NCBI RefSeq assembly: GCF_018350175.1
Contig: NC_058368.1
Coordinates: 164,054,001-164,118,000 of the forward strand
Source: Felis catus
Taxonomy: Eukaryota
DNA: 64,000 nt
Direction: 5' to 3'
Shown: piece after piece, positions 38,273 to 48,840 of the stretch
How positions within the stretch are numbered: the first letter of the stretch is position 1
Layout: each line of letters begins with the position of its first letter
Program-made: the position numbers and the translations under genes
Notes under the pieces: generated by a model
Seen by the model: the letters and a program-made list of their open reading frames with translations, nothing else
Told to the model about the DNA's origin: nothing
Database searches by the model: none

Positions 38273-39594
38273 GGGAAATATTATTTCTTATATAATTCCT
38301 TTCCTTTTTTTTAAAATTTAACCTAGAACACTTGCTAGGTAAATGTTGCTAGGTACTTCTTGTTGTGACCTTATAATTTTCTTATCCTTTCTGCCTATTT
38401 TCCAACTCGCTCTTTCTTTCCTTTTTTTTTTTTTTTTGGCTTCCATTTGCAAAGTAGACTCAATTAAATTTTTCAAAGTTTTTCTATATTTCCACTATCC
38501 TGTTCTAACATTTCCATATGCTCTGTTTTTTATACACAATTTTTAACAAGTCCACCTTTTTTTTTTTTGTTTTGAGGATGCAATAGCTTCTTTTATTGCT
38601 CGGTGTTCTTTTTTTTTTTTTTTTAATCTCATTGCATTGTCTCTGTTTTTCCCAAGTTCCTTTTATCTGCTCTCTCTTTTTAATGTTGAGACTTTTTTTC
38701 AGATCTCTTTGTTTCATGGCAACCATTCAAATGTAGGGCTGAGGACTAAAAAACTGATGGGAAACTTTATGGTATGTGTGTATGGAGTAGGTGTTATTTA
38801 TAAAAAGTAGATCTAACACAGATCCACAAGATTCATCGTGGGGCCCCAGAATGTCTCATTGGCATTTTTTTCTGATAATTTGCTTTCTCCAGAGATTAAT
38901 TTACTCTATTGCTAGAGTGTCTGGCTGCTAGCATAATGAGAGTTTAGGTGAGAGGGAGGGCTGAAAACTCATTGTTCAGCGCATAGAAATTAATTTATTC
39001 TCCATTTTAGTAATAGAATTTTAACTTTATTCTCCTCACCTCTGCCTTGTCCAAGTTTTTAGACTCTCTGGTCAATTTCTTTAACGACTAAAGCTCTCCA
39101 TCTTTTTATAAAGGGAATAATTGCTTGGTTGCCCAGGGTAAGGGTCTGGGCTTAAGGAGAGGGGTTGTCTGAGGGGAAGCATTGTTCTATATACACCTCT
39201 GGCTTTTAGCCTACCAGTTGCCAAATTCTACACTCTCAGACGCTTCCTGAGGCTATCTAGAATTCTGAAACATCAACTGGCTTTATCTCACTGGTGTGCC
39301 CCACTGCATATGCTGACATTTTCATTTTCTGCACTCAATTAATTATGTTACAACTCATTCACTTCCTTTCCACATCTCAACACTTGTTGATATCTATTGC
39401 CTACTGTTTCCTCATCTTATCTTCCTTGTGGTTTAAAACTCTTTTATTACCTTGTTATCATCATTTTGGTAGGGGCTCAGAGGGAAAAAACATAAACACA
39501 AGTGTAAAATCTGCCAGTTGAACAGGACATTCTCTAACAGAATTTTGTTTATCAAACAAATTGCCATATTGAAAATACCTATGTGTTTATATAT

Positions 39595-40135
39595 AGAGTA
39601 TTTTCACTGTGTTGAAAATCCTCTGTACTCTCTTCATCTCTTCCCCTCTAAAGCCCTGGCAACCAGTGATCTTTTTACTATTTCCATTTTCAGTATATCA
39701 TATGATTGGAATCATACATTTGTAGCCTTTTCAGATTGGCTTCTTTCACTTAATAATATGCATTTAAGTTTCCTCCATGTCTTTTCATGGTTTAATAGCT
39801 TATTTCTTTTGAGCACTGAATAATTTTCTATTGTCTGCATGTACCACGGTATATTTATCCCTTCATCTACTGTGGGACATTTTTGGTTGCTTCCAAGTTT
39901 TGACAATTGTGAATAAAACTGCTATAAATATCCACGAGCATGTTTTTTTGTGGACATAAGTTGTCAGCTCCTTTGGGGAAATACCAAGGGGTATGACTAC
40001 TACATATGATTAGTTTTGTAAGAATCCTCCAAATTGTCCTTTAAAGTGTTTGTACCATTTTATACTTCTACCAGCAGTGTATAAGGGTTCCTGTTGCTTC
40101 ACATCCTCACTAGCATTTGTTGCTGTCAATGTTCT
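39595..40135 (-). mobile_element. L1MC-type 3' fragment
   Basis: gtagccttttcagattggcttctttcactta...catttaagtttcctccatgtcttttcatgg...ccattttatacttctaccagcagtg. Confidence 0.85.
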
Positions 40136-40297
40136 CATAGGGTACCACGAACCATCCTGTGAGGTGAGATGCTGGGGGCAAGAATGACAGGTGTTGAATT
40201 TCATCCCACTTAGTTGAGAGGTTCATAGTCAAAATTACTTTGAATCAAATACTGTGAAGAAATTTGATAATCTTTATATATCTGGTATTGTGGGTTC

Positions 40298-40800
40298 TGT
40301 TCCTGCTCTATTGCTGCTGTAACAACAGATTACCAGAAACTCGATGGCTTAGAACAACCCAGATTTATTATTTTATAATTCTGAGGTCAGCAGTGCTAAA
40401 ATCAAGGTGTCAGCAAGGTTATGTTCCTTTTGGAAACTCAAAGGAGGAATCTGTTTCCTTGCCTTTTTAGCTTCTAGATGCAGCGTGCACTCCTTGCTTC
40501 TTGGTCCCTTCCTCCATCTTCAAAGACAGCAGTGGAATATCTTGAAATCTCTCTTTCTGGCTTTAACTCTGAACTTCCATTGCCACACCTCCTTCTCTGA
40601 TTGTCCTGCTTTCCTCTTTGCTTTATAAGAATCTTTGTGATTACACTGGGCCTACCTGAATAGCCCAGAATAATCTGCAACTCAAGATCCTTAATTTGCT
40701 CATATCTTGAAAGTCCTGGTTATAATGTAAGATAACATACTCACAAGTTCTGGGGAGTAGGATGTGGATACTATTGGTTGAGATACTGTTCTCCCAACTG
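40298..40800 (-). mobile_element. MaLR solo LTR (MLT1D-like)
   Basis: attgctgctgtaaca...aaatcaaggtgtcagcaagg...gaatctgtttccttgcctttt...ttgtgattacactgggcc. Confidence 0.88.
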
Positions 40801-41784
40801 TATGAACTGAAACCTTTGCATACAAATGTAATTTGGATCAGAAGAATATAATTTTAACTCAGGGAGGAGAGGACCAAAACCAACCAAACCAGCAGATAAA
40901 TAAGGGTTTATAAATCATAGTTGAAATATTTTATACTTTTTATTATGAAATAATCCTATCTTTATTGTGGCTCATCCCATTTGTAAAGAAACAGTATATA
41001 TAATAGGAAGTAAAAATTAACTTAAAATTTTAAGGCCTATTGACAATCGCTGTTACAATTTGTTGTTTATAATTCCAAATCTTTGTCTTTCAAAGAGGAA
41101 TGCCAATCCATGAACATAATAATGAAATCTGATGCATGTTTCATTCATATTGGTAGACTGCATATTTCTTTGATGGAGATCCAGGTAGGATAAGTTTGGC
41201 TTCAGGTCAAGTTCTATATGTCTATTTTTCTAAATAATTAGCTGATTATTTAATGTTTTATTGACTTATGAATTTGAAATGTCAATTTTAACCCTCTACT
41301 TTTACCAGTTATTACTTACCTCTTGTTAATCCTCTACATATTACCTATATCAATTGAGGAACAGACTGTTGTTTAGATCATCACTTGACTGAATCTTAAT
41401 TCCTTCTAACATGAACTTTCTTGGTATTCATGTCATTTTATTATATTCTTCCATAAATTTTATATTTAGATTTTATTCTACAGAAAATCGTTTTGAATTG
41501 GATTAAAATTGCATTGAATGTATAGAGAGATTTGAAAGAGAATGTATTCTTTAAACTTCTGTATATCTACTATAAATCTGAAGTTTTCTTCTGGCTGAAG
41601 AATTATGAGTTTTGAAGATTTAATAAATAGAAAACAATCAACTGAATAAAAAATAAGCCAATAAAATCAGATCATATTACTTGAAAGGCTAGCAAAACAG
41701 CTGCAACTGTACCAGGATAGATGAAGAAAAAACATTAAATAAAGTGTATTTATAATAAAGCATAGGCATAAGATAGCACTTCTT

Positions 41785-42014
41785 CTTTTTTTTAATAGAT
41801 TTAATGTTTATTTATTTTTTGAGAGAGAGAGACAGAGACACAGAGAGACAAAGTGCGAGTGAGGGAGGTGCAGAGAGAGAGAGAGACACAGAGTCCCAAG
41901 CAGGCTCCAGGCTCTGAGCTGTCAGCACAGAGAATGACGCGGGGCTCAAACTCACAGACTGCGAGATCATGACCTAAGCCCAAGTTGGATGCTCAACCAA
42001 CTGAGCCACCCAGG
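41785..42014 (-). mobile_element. CanSINE (stack member 1)
   Basis: body ending gagccacccagg; flanked by gatagcactt / gatagtactt. Confidence 0.95.
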
Positions 42015-42023
42015 ATAGTACTT

Positions 42024-42244
42024 TTTTAAAAAAAATTTCTTTGAATTTTTTTTTTTTTTATTTTTGAGAGAGAGAGAGACAGAGTGCAAGCAGGGGGAGG
42101 GGCAGAGAGAGAGGGAGACACAGAATCCGAAGCAGGCTCCAGGCTCTGAGCTGTCAGCCCAGAGCCCGACGCGGGGCTTGAACTCATGAACCATGAGATC
42201 ATGACCTGAGCTGAAGAGTCCGACTGAGCCACCCAGGCGCCCCC
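42024..42244 (-). mobile_element. CanSINE (stack member 2, probably youngest)
   Basis: CpGs intact (gagcccgacgcggggc); TSD ccaggatagtactt / ccaggatagcactt. Confidence 0.95.
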
Positions 42245-42259
42245 AGGATAGCACTTCTT

Positions 42260-42303
42260 AAAAAAAATGTTTATTTATTTTGAGAGGGTGTGTGTGAGGG
42301 AGG

Positions 42304-42345
<42 letters not shown>

Positions 42346-42469
42346 TACACAGGCTCTTCGCTGGCAGTGCAGAGCCTGATGAGGGGCTTGAACCCATGAA
42401 CTGTGAGATCATGACTTAAGCCGAAATCAAGAGTCAAATGCTTAACCGACTGGGCCTTCCAGGCACCCC
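42260..42469 (-). mobile_element. CanSINE (stack member 3, probably oldest)
   Basis: (GA)n, body ending ccaggcacccc; outer TSD cataagatagcactt / cataaaatatcactt. Confidence 0.95.
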
Positions 42470-44767
42470 ATAAAATATCACTTTTAAAAAGAAACAACAA
42501 AACTTTGTATGCCCAAAATTCACATGAAATGTAAGGTTTTCTAGATATAAATGTATAATCAATAGTATCACTCTATAGTGAATTAGTAGTAGGAATCAGC
42601 AGCCATCTGAAAGGAGTACCAGGCCCAAATAGTTTTATAAATAATCTTATTCAAAAGTTCAAAAGCAATGAATTTTATGTTTGACAAATTGTTTCTGTTG
42701 TCTATTTTTATGTAGGTATTAATACCAGGGATGCAAAAATAATTCAACATATCAATGTAATTTTCTACGTACAGTAAAATAGAAGAAACAAGTGAACACC
42801 TCAACTGATGTAGGAAACAATTTGATAAAACTCAACATTTATTCATGATAAAAATTTAACATATTAGGAATAGAAGGGAACATTCTTAGTCTGATAACAT
42901 TATGCATTAAAAACATTTAACTGATGGTGAATAAATAGTACAATGTTACTTATGGGACATGAAACCAACCCTTGTATTTCTTCCTACTTTTGAAAGTAAA
43001 TGGTAAGTTGACACAAGAAGAAGAAAGGTAAACATAAAATATAGCATCTTTATTACTGACAAAGATTCTTGGAGAACATGATTTGTATGTGCACCCATAG
43101 TGGCTTTCTAATTTTTTTCTCCTATATTGAACTTGTTTCCAAAATGGAAGCCTTCCTCTGCCTGTTACAATATGAGTAATGTGTAGATGACCATAAACCC
43201 AGGATTCCAAAGGGAAAGTGGTTTTGAGGAAGAGTACCCCAGAGAGGGCGATTAGAGCATGCTTATTAGTTCCTTCTCTTAAACATACCAGTTTCATAAA
43301 GTGGTGGCAATAGTCACATAGTGCTGTAAACTTGGAGGAAGTCTATGGAAATGTGAGGAGTGAGAGAGAAAGTTGTGCCTTAATAGTTTTTATTGAAGCC
43401 AGGAACAAGGTGGTGATTCCTACATTATACCCACTATTTGATATTGCACTAGAGAACCAGGACAATAGACTAAGTCACCAAAAATAAATGTGGTTTAAGG
43501 AAATGAAAGAAAGACACAAAGATAACATAATAAATCATCTAAATGCAAAATCAAGAAAAAATATATAAGGAGTTAGAAGCATTAAGAAAGTTCCTTAAAG
43601 TTGCTGGATATAATATGAACAATGAAAAAATGGAAGAAAATTGTACAAAGGGATAAAAGAAAACTTGAAAATGGTAAAATGTATTGTTTATTAATGAAAA
43701 AATATATTTTATAAAGGTGATGATTTTCCTTCAAATCACTCTATACCGTAGATGTAGTTCCAATTACAATCCAAAAATATTTTTTTTTCTGTGTAAATTT
43801 ACAAACTGATTTAAAAATTCCTGTAGAAGAGTAATGGTCCAATAATAGTTCAATAAGAAAATGTAATAATATGGAGATTGGTTGATAAAACAGAGAAGGA
43901 ACTCAGAAGCAGATTCATTCTTAGATGGAAATTTGATGTATTTGATATGAAATAAGGGAAGAGAGCTAGATTATTCAATAAATGACATTAATACAATAGG
44001 TTTTTATGTGAAAAAGAAACATTACTGCACCATATACAAAAAGGAATAACGTAATTTATAGAACTAATGTAAAACATAAAATTTTAAAACAATTAGAGGA
44101 GGTTATGGGTAGATTTTGTTATACTTTTTTGTAGGAAAATGTTTATTGAACAAGACACTAAAAATATCAAACATAAGTGGAAAACTGATGTATGTGTCCA
44201 TTTTAAAATGTTAATATTTTGAGAAAATATTTCAAAATATATGGCGAAAGATTATAGCTAAAGTTTTATGGATTTTTGCAGGCCCTGAATCCCTTGAAAA
44301 TTATACAAAGTTGAAAAATTATGTTCATAGGCATCCATAGAAACTATTTTATCAGTCTGTAAAATGGGCGCATGACTCCCAAAATTAATTATAAGAGACA
44401 CTATTTTAGCAATCTGTGCTAAACTATGCACATACACACATATACATACATCTCAAACGAGCAGGAGAGGGGTCTTTATTTGTTCCCCAAATTCTAACAT
44501 TTTTTGGCACTTGTCTCTTCCACTGGCCCTTTGCTTTCAGACCCAATACATTTATATCATTGTCCTTTTCAGGAAGAATTTGTTAGACTTTTTAAAGGTG
44601 TATCTGATGATAGTCTAGGAAAGACATCTGTTTCCCTCAGTTTTGCAACAGGGCTATGGGGAAGTCATTCCTTCTGAGGATTAGAAATTAGGAGCAGCTA
44701 TACCTGGGAGCTTGAGTGCTATACCTAGATCTGGGGAAGGATTCTTGGGAATAAAGAGTTGTTTCTT

Positions 44768-44837
44768 TATTTCTTTTTTTCTAATTTATTTTTTAATGTT
44801 TATTTATTTTTGAGAGACAGAGAGAGAGAGAAAGAGA

Positions 44838-44873
<36 letters not shown>

Positions 44874-45007
44874 CACAGACTCTGAAGCAGACTCCAGACT
44901 CTGAGCTGTCAGCACAGAGCCCAATGCGGGGCTCAAATTCAGAAACAGTGAGATCATGGCCTGAGTCAAAGTTGAACACTTAATTGACTGAGCCACCCAG
45001 GCACCCC
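44768..45007 (-). mobile_element. CanSINE
   Basis: long (GA)n; TSD aaagagttgtttctt / aaagagttgcttctt. Confidence 0.97.
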
Positions 45008-45055
45008 AAAAAGAGTTGCTTCTTAGGGACATATGGAGTCAACTTTATTCTTCTC

Positions 45056-45242
45056 CAGGATTGCCAGATTTAACGAATAAAAATAGAGAAGGCTCAGCTA
45101 AATTCAAATTTCTTATGAAATGGAAAAAACAATGAATATTTTAGTATAAGTATATCCTTTGAAATATTTTGAATAAATTTCTAAAAATTTGTGATTTATG
45201 TGAAAATCACATTTAAGTGATATGATATATTTAACAACCCTA
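45056..45242. mobile_element. MER53-like palindromic hAT MITE
   Basis: caggattgccagat...aacaacccta termini; perfect 8-bp TSD ttcttctc at 45048-45055 and 45243-45250. Confidence 0.85.
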
Positions 45243-45451
45243 TTCTTCTCTGGTGTGAAGTTTCTCACCATTGCCCACCCCAAAGTAACTTGGGTAAGAC
45301 CAAGGTGTCCATACTATGGAACATAAGCAGGGATTTTATGAATATTGCTCTCTGACCCAGAAAATTATTCAACCCTGGAATCCTACATTAAATTTATTGC
45401 AGAAGAACAGAAACCATTTATCATTTATTTTTCACCTTCCAAGATGATTAA

Positions 45452-45455
<4 letters not shown>

Positions 45456-45496
<41 letters not shown>
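45456..45496. repeat. (CA)n microsatellite, about 20 units
   Basis: visible directly in the sequence. Confidence 0.97.
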
Positions 45497-45497
<1 letters not shown>

Positions 45498-45568
45498 CAC
45501 ATGCTTTAGTCCACTAAGTCCACTAAGATCATCGAAAGTATTCACATCATTTAAAATTATAATTTGAG

Positions 45569-45760
45569 AGAGCCTCGATGATTCAGTCAGTTGAACGACT
45601 TACTCTTGATTTCAGCTCAGGTCATGATCCCGGGATCAAGGGTTTGAGCTCTGTGTTGGGCTCAGTACTGAACATAGAGCCTGCTTAACTCTCTCTCCCT
45701 CTCTCTCACTCCCGGTGCCCCTCTCCCCCATCTCTAAAATAAAATAATAAATTGAAAAAT
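45569..45760 (+). mobile_element. older CanSINE
   Basis: actcttgatttcagctcaggtcatgatccc...A-rich tail; TSD aaaattataatttgag / aaaactataaattgag. Confidence 0.92.
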
Positions 45761-46121
45761 AAAACTATAAATTGAGTCAAGTACATAAAACACTAAGAAT
45801 CATAGATTTATGGATTCTCTTTGAGAATGTCTCTTCTCTCACATTTACCCTTCTATCTCCCGCACACCGCCCCCCCCCCCCCCCACCGCCACACACTATT
45901 ATTACCTACAAGTCTGTTGTTTGACTTTCAAGTTTTATATCCCAAATACATTTCAGGTGTGGATTATGTGGGAAATCAGGGAACTAATATATAAAGGCAA
46001 GACGTAGAAAAATTTAGTCAAAATTAAAGAATTTAACCATACAGTACCTATGGGTGTAAGAAATTTAAGGTTCTTTTTAAATCTACGATCTGTGACGCAT
46101 AGCGTTTTAAAATACTGACTC

Positions 46122-46327
46122 GAGGTGGCTGGGTGGCTCAGTTGGTTGAGTGTCAAATCTTGGTTTCAGCTCAGATCATGATCCCAGGGTTGTGGGATTG
46201 AGCCCTATGTTGGGCTCTATGCTGGCTGTGGAGCCTGCTTGCGATTTTCTTGCTTCCTCTCCCTCTGCCCCCTCCAGCTTATGCATTCATGTGCATTCTC
46301 TATCTTTCTCTCAAAAAAGAAAAAAAG
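46122..46327 (+). mobile_element. older CanSINE
   Basis: ctgggtggctcagttggttgag...; TSD ttttaaaatactgactc / ttttaaaacattgactc. Confidence 0.93.
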
Positions 46328-46594
46328 TTTTAAAACATTGACTCAAATGATAATTTATGTGATTAAATTATTTTGACAACCTTGGTGTTGTGTAGCATGA
46401 TTTTATATTTTCAAATCATCCATGAAAGTAAATTGATGAATAATGAATAATTACATATTTGAACTTAATTACTGTAGGAATCCACGGTGGGTGTGTTTTC
46501 TAGGCCAGTTGGAAATATGAATAATATAATGGTTTAAGGTGAATTCTAGAAATTGTCATTTTGCAATTCAAAGAATAAATTTAAGGATAGATGC

Positions 46595-47088
46595 TGTGGT
46601 AGGCAGAATAATGGCTCTTCAAAGAGGCTTGTGCTCTAATACACGGAACCTGTAAATATATTACATGGCAAGGGAGAATTAAGGGTGCAGATGAAATTAA
46701 AGTTGATAATCAGTTCACCTTTAAATAAAAAGATTACTTTGTATTAGCAAGTGGACTGAGTATGATCACAAGAGTTCTTCAAAGTATAAGAGGGAAGCAG
46801 AAGAGGAATCAGAGTCAGAGAAAGATTTGAAGATCCTATTCTGCTTGTGTTAGAGATGGAGAAAAAGGCCTCAGTCGTGCAGGCCACCTGCACAAGAGAG
46901 AAAAGGAAAGGAAATGGATTTTCTCCTAGAGCCTCCAGAACAATGCAACCCTATTAATATCTTAGTTTTAGTCCAGTGAGACCCTTTTTGGACTTCTGAT
47001 GTTCAGAACTTAAAGATAATAAATTTGTGTTGGTTTAAGCCATTACATTTCTGCTAATTTTCCACAGCAATAATAGGAAACCAACACA
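46595..47088 (+). mobile_element. MaLR solo LTR (MLT1D-like)
   Basis: tgtggtaggcagaataatggc start; ggattttctcctagagcctccagaa; ataaatttgtgttggtttaagcca...ataggaaaccaacaca end. Confidence 0.9.
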
Positions 47089-47181
47089 AATATATAATTT
47101 ATGTAATACAAAATATTTTCAATTCTAGGCTAAAGTTTCACTCTTTTAAGGTAATGCACTGGGTTGGTATATTTACTTTTT

Positions 47182-47338
47182 AGCCATCATTTATTGGGGC
47201 TCACTATAGGGGAGTACTTTGCTAATGTATTTAACATATTTTACTGCATTGATCCCCCAACCAGTTAGGTCAGTTATTATTATGCCCTCTTCATGGATGA
47301 AGAGACTGAGCCTCAGAACGATGAATTAATTTTCCCAT
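47182..47338 (-). mobile_element. MIR fragment
   Basis: catttattggggctcacta...gatgaagagactgagcctcaga. Confidence 0.65.
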
Positions 47339-48129
47339 CTTTGAAAAGTGAAATATATCTGAGTTTAAAGTTTGTCTATATTATTTATAATATAATCTGG
47401 GTAGACACTTCTGAAGAGACATTTTGCATGTTTTCTGGTGTTCTAGTAGTGAAAGAGATATATTTTACATGGGTTGAAAGTTGTGACTGTTCTTGCTTCA
47501 TGCTAATGTTGGCATTTTGTTATACATTTCAAAGAAAATTTTGATATTAATTCAAGTTGTGACCTTAAATAATATTGGTTGTACTTTGGTCCTGATAAAA
47601 ATATGCGCCACAAGCATGACACTGGTGGTAAGGTGGCTAGAAGAGAAATTAAATGACCTAAGCAGTTTATAGGACAAGCATCATATTGGCCTAAATGAAA
47701 TAAAACTTATTTTTGTCCAACCTTAGTCATGTATCAGGGCTTGCTAATGGAACAAAAGATGTGGGAGGATCTACTAGTTAAATCAAAAATTTTCTGATAC
47801 TATTTTTCTACTTTGTTTTATTCTGTTCAACTTTATTTTAAAATAATCAGGAACCATGAATAGAATGACTTCTGTTTTATTATTTGCCTTATTTCCTACC
47901 TAAATGCAATCTCCTTTACTGCTGGGGATTTGTCTCATCAACTCTTTATTCCCAGACAGAGAACATAGTGGACCCACAATTAATGATAAACAAGTGTATT
48001 CAGTATTTAGATGAAGTTTATATTGCTTATAATGGGCATTTCAGAAAGTGTTCAGATTCTGGGGGAAAAAAAGTAATTGAAAATAAGAAAGCAGTTGAAT
48101 TATTCTGATAGACATCTTTTTTCCCTTTT

Positions 48130-48354
48130 CTTTTTAAAAATTTTTTTCAACGTTTTTTATTTATTTTTGGGACAGAGAGAGACAGAGCATGAACGGGGGA
48201 GGGGCAGAGAGAGAGGGAGACACAGAATCGGAAACAGGCTCCAGGCTCTGAGCCATCAGCCCAGAGCCTGACGCGGGGCTCGAACTCACGGACCGCGAGA
48301 TCGTCACCTGAGCCGAAGTCGGACGCTTAACCGACTGAGCCACCCAGGCGCCCC
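48130..48354 (-). mobile_element. very young felid CanSINE
   Basis: nearly identical to the 34717-34922 copy, CpGs intact; no clean TSD. Confidence 0.97.
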
Positions 48355-48399
48355 AGAACTCTTTGTTTTCTAATTGTGATGTCCACATGCATTTCTGCC

Positions 48400-48840
48400 A
48401 TTTCTATGAAAGAAACTCTGACCCAATCTGGCTGAAGCAAACTGACCTGTTGAAAAGCCCTAGGGTACAGCTATCTTCACGGGCTGAAACATTATCATTA
48501 GAATTCAACTTTCTCCCATATTTTACCTCTGCTTTTCACTGTGTTGGCTTCATTCCTGTGGGAGCATCAAATTCCTATCATCACAAAATCAGTTTCAGGG
48601 GAAAGAGAGCTTGCTTTTAAGATTTGAGGTCTGTTGACACAACTGGCTTAATGTGCATCTTGTGCCCTCACCGCACCAGTCCTGTGGTGGACCAGTGGAA
48701 AATCCCAAGTAGCTAAACATAAATTATGCGTTTCATTTGTGCGGATAGATTTAGCCTCACTAGATCCACATAGAATGAGGGTGGTGGCGTCATTATTGTA
48801 GGAAGCAGGGAGGGATGTTAGGTTGGAAAACCAACAAATA
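48400..48840 (-). mobile_element. old MaLR LTR (MLT1J/K-like)
   Basis: cccaatctggctgaagcaaa...ctctgcttttcactgtgttggcttcattc; boundaries approximate. Confidence 0.5.

Larger units (their letters stand above)
36850..39530 (-). mobile_element. HAL1 (half-L1), near full length, interrupted
   Basis: cctagaggaactatgttcaaacctgtcagctgttt...catatttctaaat, aaattagtattcagtctttgtattaatgatta, ORF1-like middle, and 5' end aaacacaagtgtaaaatctgcca. Confidence 0.7.
41620..44230 (+). mobile_element. highly decayed L1ME ORF2 fragments
   Basis: ataccagggatgcaaa..ttcaacat, atttgataaaactcaacatttattcatgataaaa, ttattcaataaatga, caccatatacaaaa; interrupted by a SINE stack. Confidence 0.75.

Noticed and set aside
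38711..38723. RFX-like site GTTTCATGGCAAC
   Set aside because: An isolated motif inside a decayed HAL1 with no supporting context.
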